DNA of 63,213 bases, counting the filler, from Chiloscyllium plagiosum (lineage: Eukaryota), in NCBI RefSeq assembly GCF_004010195.1. It is 3 parts of one record of this genome, joined end to end, with 100 filler letters (N's around TTAATTAATTAA, not from the genome) between each part and the next. Parts side by side here need not be neighbours in the genome. Positions count along the whole stretch, not along the records: positions 23,083 to 43,339 come from NC_057717.1; positions 43,440 to 63,213 come from NC_057717.1; 1 more part is not named here. The stretch is one strand, 5' to 3'. Made by a program: the position numbers and the translations under genes. This document shows positions 36,347 to 47,750 of the stretch, piece after piece. The notes under the pieces were generated by a model that was not told the DNA's origin, did not search any database, and saw only the letters and a list, made by a program, of their open reading frames with translations. Position 1 is the stretch's first letter, and the number at the start of each line of letters is the position of its first letter.

Positions 36347-37650
36347 TGAATGTTTTGTTATGCAAATATATCGTGGCACCAGTATTTCTGACCGCTTTTC
36401 CGATGCTGGCAGGTGGTTGGTTTTGTGTCAAATGTTATTCAGGTTAACGGAAATAAAAAACGTGCAGGTTTTGGAAATCTGAACTAAAAATGAGAATTGC
36501 TAGAGAAACTCAGTACGCCTGGCAACATCTGTGGGGAGAAACAGAATTTTTTTTAGATGGAGAGACTCAGGTTAGTTACACATTTTTTGATTATAGTGTT
36601 GGGAAAACTGTAAGTTTTACCTGTCGAATCAGGGCATTTATCAAAATCTCTCTCGAGAAACAACCGTCGAAGTTACAAATTTAAAAGGACTGAATCAGCT
36701 GTATTGCTACTTCCATTTCCCTGAGCTGGGGGAAGGCTGTGTTTAAATAGTTACCTTTCTCTTTTCCTTTCTGTCAGTTCGCAGTCGTGTCGAATGGAGA
36801 ATTGTTTCTTTCAGTGTCCACCTCAATATGTGTCTCTGTTTTTCTCTTTGTGTCTCTGTGTATCCTCCTGAGCCTCTTTTACATTCTCCGACTCTCTGTC
36901 GGTGTCATGTCACTCTATATCCCTCATTTCCCATTTCTGCTCTTTGAAAAGCCTGACATTCAGAGACTGTTTCAGAGTGGAGCTGCAGAGAGGCTTTCTG
37001 GCCCCTGGCTGGAGTCGGTCCAAGAAGGCTCACATTCTGCGGATAATCCATCTGTCACTTCAGCCTGAGGCAAGGAGACATTTCTCCCTCAAACTATTAT
37101 GACCCTTTCGACGTTAAATTAATCACATGACAGGTACAGGATAACAAGGATGTATTTACTGTTGGCATACAAGGAATGAATGGTGACAGCAGAGAATGAG
37201 GGTGATCAGCTCGTGGTGTATGTGCCATGAACACAATATTTCCCAGTAATCCTGCAGTGTCTCCTGCCTCACCTCTTTCCTTCCACCAAACTGGGAATAA
37301 GAGGAGGAGAAGCAGAAGTGCCAGTGGAACAGCAGGAAGAATCTCCAGGTTAAAATAGTAGGTACAAAGTACAACAGACACGACTGGAACTAAACCAGGA
37401 AAAAGAAGCGGGAACGCCAAATCAGAACAGGCAGGAACTCAAGCGGAACGCTGAGTTGCTCGATCAACAACACTACACTTGTGAATGCACTGGCTTCCAA
37501 CTGATTTGTTCAGCTGTTTAAACTGACAGAGTAAAGAGGATGTATTCATCCTCTCGGGGCCCATTAACCGCGTTAATACACACAGAGGGATCCTCAAACC
37601 AAGAGGAACAGGCTCATTCTGGCGAATTGACCAGCAGTGGTGTGAGAGTC

Positions 37651-38679
37651 AATAGACAATAGACAATAGGTGCAGGAGTAGGCCATTCTGCCCTTCGAGC
37701 CTGCACCACCATTCATTATGGTCATGGCTGATCATCCTCAATCAGTATCCTGTTCCTTATCTCCATGACCCTTGATTCCACTATCCTTGAGAGCTCGATC
37801 CAACTCTTTCTTCAATGAATACAGAGACTGGGCCACCACTGCCCTCTGGGCCAGAGCATTCCACACAGCCACCACTCTCTGGGTGAAGAAGGTTCTCCTC
37901 ACCTCTGTCCTAAATGGTCTACCCCGTATTTTTAAGCTGTGTCCTCTGGTTCGGGAATCACCCATCAGTGGAAACATGTTTCCTGCCGCCAGAGTGTCCA
38001 ATCCTTTGATAATCTGATATGTCTCAATCAGATTCCCTCTCAGTCTTCTAAACTCAAGGGTATACAAGCCCAGTCATTCCAATCTTTCAACATAAGATAG
38101 TCCCGCCTTTCCAGGAATTGATCTTGTGAATCTACGCTGCACTCCCTCAATAGCCAGAATGTCTTTCCTCAAATTTGGAGACCAGAATTGCACTCAATAT
38201 TCCAGGTGCGGTCTCACCAGGGCCCTGTACAGCTGCAGAAGAACCTCTTTTCTCCTGTCCTCAATCCCTCTTGTTATGAAGGCCAGCATGCTATGAGCCT
38301 TCTTCACTACCTGGTGTACCTGCATGCTTACCTTCAGTGACTGGTGTACAAGAGCACCCAGATCTCTTTGTACTGCCCCTTTACTACCTAAATGGAGTCA
38401 AGTTAGGTAGTAATCTGCCTTCCTGTTCTTGCCACCAAAGTGGATAACCATACATTTATCCACATTAAACTGCATCTGCCATGCATCTGACCAATCACCT
38501 AACCTGTCCAGGTCACTCTGTAATCTCCTAACAGCCTCCTCACATTTCACCCTGCCACCCAGCTTTGTATCATCAGCAAATTTGCTAATGTTATTGCTAA
38601 TACCATCTTCTATATCACTAATATATATTGTAAAAAGCTGCGGTCCCAGCACTGATCCCTGCAGTACCCCAACTGGTCA
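37651..38679 (-). mobile_element. Younger 5'-truncated CR1 LINE present only in the right arm
   Basis: LGPQLFTIYISD..ISKFADDTKLGG, FFTQRVVAVWNAL, (AATAGAC)n tail; empty site in the left arm at about 24064-24068. Confidence 0.92.
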
Positions 38680-40529
38680 TTGCAAACAGTGGGCAGGAAA
38701 GGCTAACTGAATAGGACCGACACTGAGCCTTACACCATCAGCTCCACACTCACATCCTGCCTCATGTCTCCCGGTCATCTGTGCCTTTTGCTTTTATTTC
38801 TGTAGCCTGCACCACTTCTCAACTTATTCCCGACCGCTTTCAGGTATCGAATTAGAACATGCAATTATTAGAAACTAGGACAGAGTTGCCTTTCAGTGTG
38901 ATAAGATTCACTGCCCATCCCTAATTACCCCAGAATTGAGGGGGTGAGTTACTTTTATTAACTCTTCAGCTCCTTCGCATGGAGGAACAGACATGAAACC
39001 GCTCGAGATGGAGTTCCTGGATTTAGAACCAGCGACACTGAAGGAACACCGGGATATTTACAACTCAGAAAGGTGGGTTGATTGGAGGGGGAATTGCCGT
39101 GGGAGTTTCCCCGTGTATGTGCTGCCATTGTCCTTCTAAACAAAATACAACAATCACTGGTTGGATTCTGGCAGGATCTCGGTGTGTGATCTGTGTATAA
39201 CGAGGAAGGTGTTTTCATTCGGATGAGATAAAATGTCTTCCTTTCGAGAATGGGAATTGCATCCAGCTCTGGGTGATACAAACTCGGACTCCTTCCCAGT
39301 GATGCTGACAATACACCTTGCAGCCTGACTTGTTCACACTCTCGTTTCTGATATTCACATCATCACCACCCTTGACAGCAATATTTCTCCCTCCAAGTTT
39401 CCAATTGTTCATATTATCACCTTGGGTTTCAAAGTAAAAAAAGCAATCTATGATAATCTGATGCTGTTCAGCAAATGCACTGCAGGAAGGTACCAAACAG
39501 GCTGGTGTTAACAAAGGCTCGTTTTGAGGCGCTTGTTTGCAGTGAAGGGCAGGCGTTAATAAAAGGTGTCCCTCATCTCGTCTGATTCTACATCCCGGGC
39601 TAGAAAAGACCAGAGATCTCTCGCTGAGTTTGTCCAGGGTCTTGACTGGAAGAGACCATGACAGTTTTCACCAGAGTGAATCATGGAATCGCGTCGTGAC
39701 TGTGTATAAAACGATTAAAACACACAGCAGAGAAGGAGGCGAACCTGAAGCAGACACATGAGGACAAATGTACCTCCTTTGCCAGTGTAAGGCACTGCTT
39801 CACCAAGTTGGACCTNNNNNNNNNNNNNNNNNNNNNNNNNNNNNNNNNNNNNNNNNNNNNNNNNNNNNNNNNNNNNNNNNNNNNNNNNNNNNNNNNNNNN
39901 NNNNNNNNNNNNNNNNNNNNNNNNNNNNNNNNNNNNNNNNNNNNNNNNNNNNNNNNNNNNNNNNNNNNNNNNNNNNNNNNNNNNNNNNNNNNNNNNNNNN
40001 NNNNNNNNNNNNNNNNNNNNNNNNNNNNNNNNNNNNNNNNNNNNNNNNNNNNNNNNNNNNNNNNNNNNNNNNNNNNNNNNNNNNNNNNNNNNNNNNNNNN
40101 NNNNNNNNNNNNNNNNNNNNNNNNNNNNNNNNNNNNNNNNNNNNNNNNNNNNNNNNNNNNNNNNNNNNNNNNNNNNNNNNNNNNNNNNNNNNNNNNNNNN
40201 NNNNNNNNNNNNNNNNNNNNNNNNNNNNNNNNNNNNNNNNNNNNNNNNNNNNNNNNNNNNNNNNNNNNNNNNNNNNNNNNNNNNNNNNNNNNNNNNNNNN
40301 NNNNNNNNNNNNNNNNNNNNNNNNNNNNNNNNNNNNNNNNNNNNNNNNNNNNNNNNNNNNNNNNNNNNNNNNNNNNNNNNNNNNNNNNNNNNNNNNNNNN
40401 NNNNNNNNNNNNNNNNNNNNNNNNNNNNNNNNNNNNNNNNNNNNNNNNNNNNNNNNNNNNNNNNNNNNNNNNNNNNNNNNNNNNNNNNNNNNNNNNNNNN
40501 NNNNNNNNNTTAAGATTAACATAAAACAA

Positions 40530-41300
40530 AGACCTGCAGTTGCTGGAAATCTGAGCCATAACTGAGAATGGATAGAGAAACTCAGCAAGCCTGGCAACAT
40601 CTGTGGAGAGAAACAGAGTTAATATTTAAGATCGGCAGACCCAGATTAGTTATACGCTTTTTGAGTATAATGCCGGGAGAATGATCACGTTTATCTGTCG
40701 GATCGTGACATTTATCAAAATCTCTCATTGCCTTACAACCGTCAACATTACAAATTGAAAAGGACTTTATCAGCTGTAACGCTGTTTCCATTGCCCTGAC
40801 CTGGGCTTAAATGGTCACCTTTATGTTTTCCTTTCTGTCAGTCAGCAGGAATGTCAAATGGAGAATTTGTTCTTTCAGTGTCTCTATTTTTCTCTTTTTC
40901 TGTGTGTATCCACCTCACCCTCTTTCACTGTTTGCGATTCTATCTCTCTCTGCCATTTGAAACAGTCTGGCTTTCGGAGATAGTTTGAGAGTGGGGTTGC
41001 TGAGAGGCTTTCGGCTCCCGAGCTGTTGGGTGTGGGACTGGGCTCACATTCTCCGGATAACATGTCTGTCACTTCGAACTCAGGTAAGGAGACATTTCTT
41101 CCCTCAAAACATTATGACCCTTTCGAATTCAAAACAAAATTCCAAATGCACCAACAAATAACGCAATAACATAACAGATATCTGAGAACAATGATGTATT
41201 TCCTGTTGGTGTAAAATGAATGAATGTGGACAGCAGGGAATGAGTGTAATCAGCTGGTGGTGTCTGTGCCGTTACCCATCGCCAATGTATTAATGTATCT
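40530..41300 (+). repeat. Older diverged paralog of about 36460-37250
   Basis: Colinear shared blocks AGAGAAACTCAG..GCCTGGCAACATCTGTGG, TTTATCAAAATCTCTC, TTCCTTTCTGTCAGT, GGCTCACATTCT.CGGATAA, CCCTCAAA..ATTATGACCCTTTCGA. Confidence 0.85.
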
Positions 41301-41669
41301 GACACAGTCAGCAGCTAGGATGGAACATGGTGTGGAAGCAGATCTTACCAGAGATTGGAGGGGGATAGTGAGGGAAAGGCATCAGGTTATTACACTCTGC
41401 AGTGACCTGGGATCAATTGCCTTTTACTGAAAACAGTTCCCAACTTGTATGTACCTGTAGCTCCCTCCAGTCTGAAACCCTCATTACCCTCTATCCAGTC
41501 TCTGAGCCAATGGTGTCTTCATTCTGCTACTGATCCTTCAGTCCCACTGGTGTCATTTTTTCTCACAATTCAGCTGGAGACCTTCTCTCATCCACGTGAA
41601 GGAATTGGACCATGACAATTCCATTTACACTGTCTCCCATCAATCTTCATAGGATCCATATCACAGAGG

Positions 41670-42650
41670 TTAAACAGTGTTCCCAGCAAACACTTCCCGG
41701 GCAGAGGGAACACAGGGTTCCATACAAAATAAAGCTCCCATTAAATTCTACCCATTTAAATCTCCAGGGCAGGTAGAGAATACAGTTAGATGCAGAGTAA
41801 ACCTCCCTGTACACTGCAGCTTTTCACATTCCCAGGCCATGTTCAGTGTGGCGTTAGGACTGATCAAATCACCCACTTCCCCCATCCTGTTCACATCAAA
41901 CACACCCAGGGCAGTTCCATCACTGAGTTAGATACAGAGTATGTGTCCAGCGGCAATTTCTCCATCTGAATCTCCCAGAGTCTGGGGACAATGGGGTTCG
42001 CTACAGAGTCAAGATCTGTCCATATTGTCCATATCGGACACTGCCAGGACAGGGACAACATGGGGCTACATACAGAGTAAATCTACCTCCATACTGTCCA
42101 CATCAAATACTCCCAGGGCAGGTATAACATGGGGCTAGACACAGATTAAAGATCCATCCGCACTGTAACTCTCAAACACTCACAGGATAGGGACAGCACG
42201 GGGTTAGGTACAAAGTTAGGCAGCATTGTAGACAGTGCAGATGGTACCTTAACGTTACAAAGGGACATTGAAAGACTGGGTAAATGGGCAAAGCTGCATC
42301 AGTTGTTCAGGTTAAATCAGTGAGAGATACATTTTTGTTCAGTGAAGATATTGAGGGATATGGGCCAAAGGAAGGAATGTGGAGATAGGCCACATATCAG
42401 TCATGATGCCATTGACTGATGGAACAGGGTCGAGGGGCTGAATGGCCTCCTCCTGTTCCTATGTTACAAACTGTCCCCATCAAACACTCTCAGGGCAGGG
42501 ACAGGATGGGGTTAGATACACAATGAAGCTGCCTTTACTGTATCCCCATCAACCCCTCCAAGGGCATGGCCAGCACAGGGTGAGATACAGAGTCAAGCTC
42601 TCTCTCTCTCTCCCCACACTGACCCGATCAACCACTCCCAGGATTGTTTA
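41670..42650. repeat. Degenerate tandem repeat, about 65-70-bp unit (AAACACTCCCAGGACAGGGACAGCACGGGGTTAGATACAGAGTAAAGCTCCCTCTACACTGTCCCCATC-like)
   Basis: About 10 diverged units, interrupted by a CR1 fragment at about 42220-42465; reverse-strand copies at about 58950-59225. Confidence 0.8.
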
Positions 42651-43339
42651 ACGGAGCTTTAATATTTGAAAATGCTCATTTTATTCTGTCATTCCTTGCC
42701 CCTCAGTAACTCTGTATGTGTGTGCGTGTGTTTGTGTGTGGAAGAGAGAGAGAGATAGAGGGAGAGGGAGTGACCAGGGCCCTGCATTCGTGGGTCAGGT
42801 CCTCTTGTCCTCCAGTATTACACATTATTTTCTGGTTCCGTGTACAGAAATCACAGAAAGCTAACGTGATGGTGTCATCAAATATTAGGATGGTTTGCCA
42901 ATTATTCCCAGGACATGGGACTAGGGAAGTGAGGTAGCCTTGCTGTTTCTGCAGACTCAGTCTGCAGGGGCAGTGAGTGATCATGAAGGCAAGGGGATTG
43001 TTGTTTTCATTCGTTCATGGGATGTGAGCATCACTGGCTGGGCCCAGCATTTATCCCCCATTCCCACCAGCCCTTGAGAAGGTGGGAGGGAGCTGCCTTA
43101 TTGAACCGCTGCACTCCACCAAATTAATGTTTCTGGTGAAACAGAATGTAGCGGAAATTAAACTCCAGCTTTCTCTGTTCCTGCTCCCAATTTAATATTC
43201 AACCGTTTAGTTTATACTGAGTTAGAGACTGGAATTTCATCGATGGTCTCAGCGAGTTTATGTATTTCAGAACACAACAGGGAGTGAGTTTCAGTCTGAA
43301 ATCTAACTGAGGGATTTGGGCTACTTTCTATACAGAGTA

Positions 43340-43439
43340 NNNNNNNNNNNNNNNNNNNNNNNNNNNNNNNNNNNNNNNNNNNNTTAATTAATTAANNNNN
43401 NNNNNNNNNNNNNNNNNNNNNNNNNNNNNNNNNNNNNNN
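43340..43439. other. Artificial 100-bp scaffold linker (N44-TTAATTAATTAA-N44)
   Basis: Same as 22983-23082. Confidence 0.95.
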
Positions 43440-43615
43440 CTCACACATGAGCTGACACCTACACACGCACTAACACATACGTTAACAAACAGTAACACAT
43501 AAACAATCACACATACATGCTCATACACCCACACGCTCTCATACACACAGGTTTTCACACAGCCACACACATGCACACTTACGTTCTCTCACTCGTTCTC
43601 ACTCACGCTTCCACT
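43440..43615. repeat. Degenerate CA-rich low-complexity tract
   Basis: Visible composition. Confidence 0.8.
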
Positions 43616-44907
43616 CAGTATGGGTTCAGGAGGTCTATATATCAAATAACTGATACCCAGGAGTGAGTTACAGCATGGAACCTAATTGAGGGTTCCGTGG
43701 GGACTGACACAGAGAGTAACAGGTACCGGGGATTGAGTACAGACAGGAATCTAATTGAGTTCTGGGCGATTTATATATGGAATAACATAGAGTTCAGAAG
43801 AGAGTTACAGACAGGAATCTAATCGGTGTTGGGGTGGGGAGTGGGGGGTGGGGTGATGTGTGGTTCGGGTATAGACGTTGTATACATGATGACAGATACC
43901 GGGGAGTGAGTTAGAGATTTGAATCTAATCGAGCTTTGGGGGTTGATTCATCCACCCAGTAACTGATGCCTGGGAATGAGTTGCAGGCAGGGATCTAATC
44001 AGGTGTATCGGGATGGTTTATACACAGAGTGTCAGGTACCCAGGACTGTGTTACAGACTGGAATCGAACTGAATAGTTCAATGTGGTTTTTATACAGAGT
44101 AACAGTTATTCGAGAGTGAGTTATCGAGATGATAGAAATTATAGAGTCATACAGCACGGAAACAGGTCCCGAGATCCACCTGGTCCATGCTGACCCGTTT
44201 TCCTGCACTGTGCTTCCCCCTTTTGCAAAATTTGGGGTGTTTCAGAACAGGAAGCACAGACTTGTGGAAGTGAGTTATACCTTGGAATCTAATTGGCTCA
44301 TGGTAGTTTTTCTACAAAACAAAAAATTACAAATCAAACTCTGACTGAGGATTTGAGGTGGTTTATGTAGAGAGTCGTAGATAAAGGGAAATCAGTTCCA
44401 GATTGAAATTTTATCAATGGGTGTGTCGTGGTTTATATTTAGAATTACAGATAAACAAGTGTGAGTTACAGAATGGAATCGAATTGATGGATCAGGAGGT
44501 TTATTTATAAGAAGAACAGATACCCAACTGCGAGGTACAAACTGGAATCTACTTGTGGGCTTTGACGAGGGTTATATGTAAAATAACTGATAGCCGGGAG
44601 ATACTTTCAGACTGGAATCTATTCAAGGGGTTTGAGATGATCTATGTAAATAGCCACAGACACATGGGAGTGATTTACATATTGGAATCCTATTGAGGAA
44701 TTCAGGGTGGTTTGTATATAGAACAACAGAAACCCATGATTGAGTCACAGTTTGGAATCTAATTGAGGGTTCTGTGGTGATTTGTGCATAAAATAACAGA
44801 GACCCTCGAGTGAGTTATAGACTGGAATTAGTCAAAGTGGTCGGGCTGGTTTATACACAAAATAATAGAAACGCGAGAGTGTGTTATAGACTGGAATAGA
44901 ATTGAGG

Positions 44908-45036
44908 TAAAAACAATGACTGCAGGTGCTGGAAACCAGATTCTGGATTAGTGGTGCTGGAAAAGCACAGCAGTTCAGGCAGCACCCAAGTAGCAGCGAA
45001 ATCGACGTTTCGGGCTAGACCACTTCATCAGGAATT
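44908..45036 (-). mobile_element. Solo Penelope terminus with hammerhead motif (45004-45031), inserted in the tandem array
   Basis: Near identical to 16449-16546; flanked by GAATTGAGG at 44899-44907 and 45037-45045. Confidence 0.8.
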
Positions 45037-45682
45037 GAATTGAGGGGAGTGGGTTATTTATATACTGAACAACCGGATATGAGAGGGGAGAAATCAAGGG
45101 AGAAAGTACCCACCATGGACCAACTCAACAATGAGCTGAGTCACACAGCATTCAACTGCTGTATGTGGAGGTTTCCATGTGTTCTGAAAGATGGGAGAGA
45201 AACAGGCAGACCCTCACACAGTGAGCACCAGGCAGGAAGGGACAGAAGGAGATTCAGATTTCCAAATGGCATCAGATCAGGACAGTGTTAGATTTAAACA
45301 TTGACTCGGCAGAGATAACTTGGAAAGGGAATTGGAGAGAGGTTAAATCACAGAAAGTTAACCTGCTCGTTCCACCAACAAATGATGGTTTCCCTATTTT
45401 TCCAGGAATTCGTGTGGGACAGTGAGGGAAAGGTATCAGGTTATTGTTAGTCTGCACTGAGACATTTTAATTGATCTGTGATCAGTTTCCTTTAATAGTC
45501 ATAGAGTCATAGAGATGTACAGCATGGAAACAGACCCTTCGGTCCAACCCGTCCATGCCGACCATTATGTCTTGAAGTCATAAACTTCACTACTTTAGGT
45601 GACTCCCCACTTACCTACTTTGAACACCGTCCCCTCTGTTTTCCCCATTCACTGAAGATATTAATATCCTTTTATAATGGGG

Positions 45683-45748
45683 CGGAAGTGAGAACTGCAG
45701 ATGCTGGAGGTTGAAGTCGAGGGATTCCTGATGAAGGGCTTTTGCCCG
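45683..45748. mobile_element. Penelope terminus fragment with partial hammerhead motif, cut by a gap
   Basis: CTGCAGATGCTGGAG followed by CTGATGAAGGGCTTTTGCCCG. Confidence 0.7.
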
Positions 45749-46174
45749 NNNNNNNNNNNNNNNNNNNNNNNNNNNNNNNNNNNNNNNNNNNNNNNNNNNN
45801 NNNNNNNNNNNNNNNNNNNNNNNNNNNNNNNNNNNNNNNNNNNNNNNNNNNNNNNNNNNNNNNNNNNNNNNNNNNNNNNNNNNNNNNNNNNNNNNNNNNN
45901 NNNNNNNNNNNNNNNNNNNNNNNNNNNNNNNNNNNNNNNNNNNNNNNNNNNNNNNNNNNNNNNNNNNNNNNNNNNNNNNNNNNNNNNNNNNNNNNNNNNN
46001 NNNNNNNNNNNNNNNNNNNNNNNNNNNNNNNNNNNNNNNNNNNNNNNNNNNNNNNNNNNNNNNNNNNNNNNNNNNNNNNNCTTTATAAATGTGGAAAAAC
46101 AAGAGAGACTGACAATATCATTACAGTTTGAAAATATTGAACATTGGTCCCACACGAACATGTCAGATTCTCTG

Positions 46175-46450
46175 GGGTTCTTTTATTCATTTGTGGGACC
46201 TGGCCGTCTCTGGCTGGGCTAGCATTGATAGCCCATCCCTATTTGTCCTTGAGAAGGTGGTGCTGAGCTGCCTTCTGGAATCGCTGCAGTCCACTTGCTG
46301 TGGGTTCACCAACAATCTCGATAGGGAGGGATTTCCAGGATTTTGACCCAACAACTGTGAAGGAATACCGGTATATTTCCAAGTGAGGATGGTGAGTGGC
46401 TTGGAGGGCAACTTGCAGTTGGTGGTGTTCCCAAGTAGCTGCTGCCCTTG
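46175..46450 (-). mobile_element. LINE 3' end fragment (family unassigned); related copies at about 23600-23835, 27090-27390 and 43000-43115
   Basis: Shared GCCCATCCCTA.TTG.CCTTGAGAAGGTGG..GAGCTGCCTT motif. Confidence 0.55.
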
Positions 46451-47750
46451 TCATAGAGTCATAGAGATGTACAGCACAAAAACAGACCCTTCGGTCCAAC
46501 CCGTCCATGCTGGCCGTATATCCCAACCCCATCTAGTCCCACCTGCCATCACCTGGTCCATATCCCCCAAACCCTTCCTATTCATATGCCCTTCCAAATG
46601 CCTTTTAAATGTTGCAATTGTACCAGCCTCCAGCTCTTCCTCTGGCAGCTCATTCCATCTCACCATAAAACTATGCCCTCTAGTACTGGACATCCCCACT
46701 CCAGGGAAGAGACATAGAACATAGAACATAGAACATAGAAGAATACAGCGCAGTACAGGCGCTTCGGCCCTCGATGTTGCGCCGATCCAAGCCCACCTAA
46801 CCTACACTAGCCCACTATCCTCCATATGCCTATCCAATGCCCGCTTAAATGCCCATAATGAGGGAGAGACATTGTTTATTTATCCTATCCATGCCTCTAA
46901 TGATTTTATAAATCTCTATAAGGCAACCCCTCAGCTTCAGGTGCTGCAGGAAACACAGTTCCAGCCTTTTCAACCTCTCTCCCTATCGCTTAAGTCCTCC
47001 AACCCGAACAACATCCTTGTAAACATTTCCTGAAACCTTTCAAGTTTCACAACATCTTTCCGATAGGAAGGGGACCAGAATTGTACGCAATATTCCAACA
47101 TTGGCCTAACCAATGTCCTGTACAGCCACAACATGACCGCCCAACTCCTCGACGCAATACTCTGTCCAATAAAGGAAAGCATACCAAACGCCTTCTTCAC
47201 TATCCTATTTACCTGTTACTCCACCTTCAAGGAACTATGAACCTGCACTCCAAGGTCCCTTTGTTCAGCAACACTCCCAAGAATCTTACCATTAAATGTA
47301 TAAGTCCTGCTAAGATTTGCTTTCCCAAAATGCTGCACATCACATTTATCTAATTTAATCTCCACCTGCCACTTCTCAGCCCACTGACACATCTGATCAA
47401 GATCATGTTGTAATCTGAGCTAACCTTCTTTGCTGTCCACTACACCTCCAATTTTGGTGCCATCTGCAAACTTACGAACTGTACTCTTATGCTCACATCC
47501 AAATCATTTATATAATGATGAAAAGTAGTGGACCCAGCACCGATCTTGTGGCACTCCACTGGTCACAGGTCTCCAGTCTGAAATAATAATCCACTACTAC
47601 CACCCTTTGTCTTCTACCTCTGAGCCAGGTCTGTATCCAAATGACTAATTCTTCCTGTATTCCATAAGATCTAACCTTGCTAACTAGTCTCCCATTGGGG
47701 AACCTTGTGGAATTCCTCACTGAAGTCTATATAGATCATAACTACTGCAC
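46451..47750 (-). mobile_element. CR1 LINE RT and 3' end, with a nested short CR1 tail at 46716-46864
   Basis: [19 protein letters not shown]; (CATAGAGT)n tail; nested piece has (CATAGAA)4 and flanking AGAGACAT duplication. Confidence 0.9.

Larger units (their letters stand above)
31438..39663 (-). repeat. Right arm of the large inverted segmental duplication
   Basis: Begins GGTTCAGTGACAAGGAAAGC (reverse complement of 30621-30640); ends GGAAGAGACCATGACA (reverse complement of 23083-23098). Confidence 0.97.
43215..45080. repeat. Degenerate tandem repeat, about 60-65-bp unit (AGAATAACAGATACCCGGGAGTGAGTTACAGACTGGAATCTAATCGAGGGGTTCGGGGTGGTTTATAT-like)
   Basis: Roughly 20 recurrences of GTGAGTTA..GA..GGAATCTAAT; interrupted by a linker, a CA-rich tract and short insertions. 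Confidence 0.85.
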
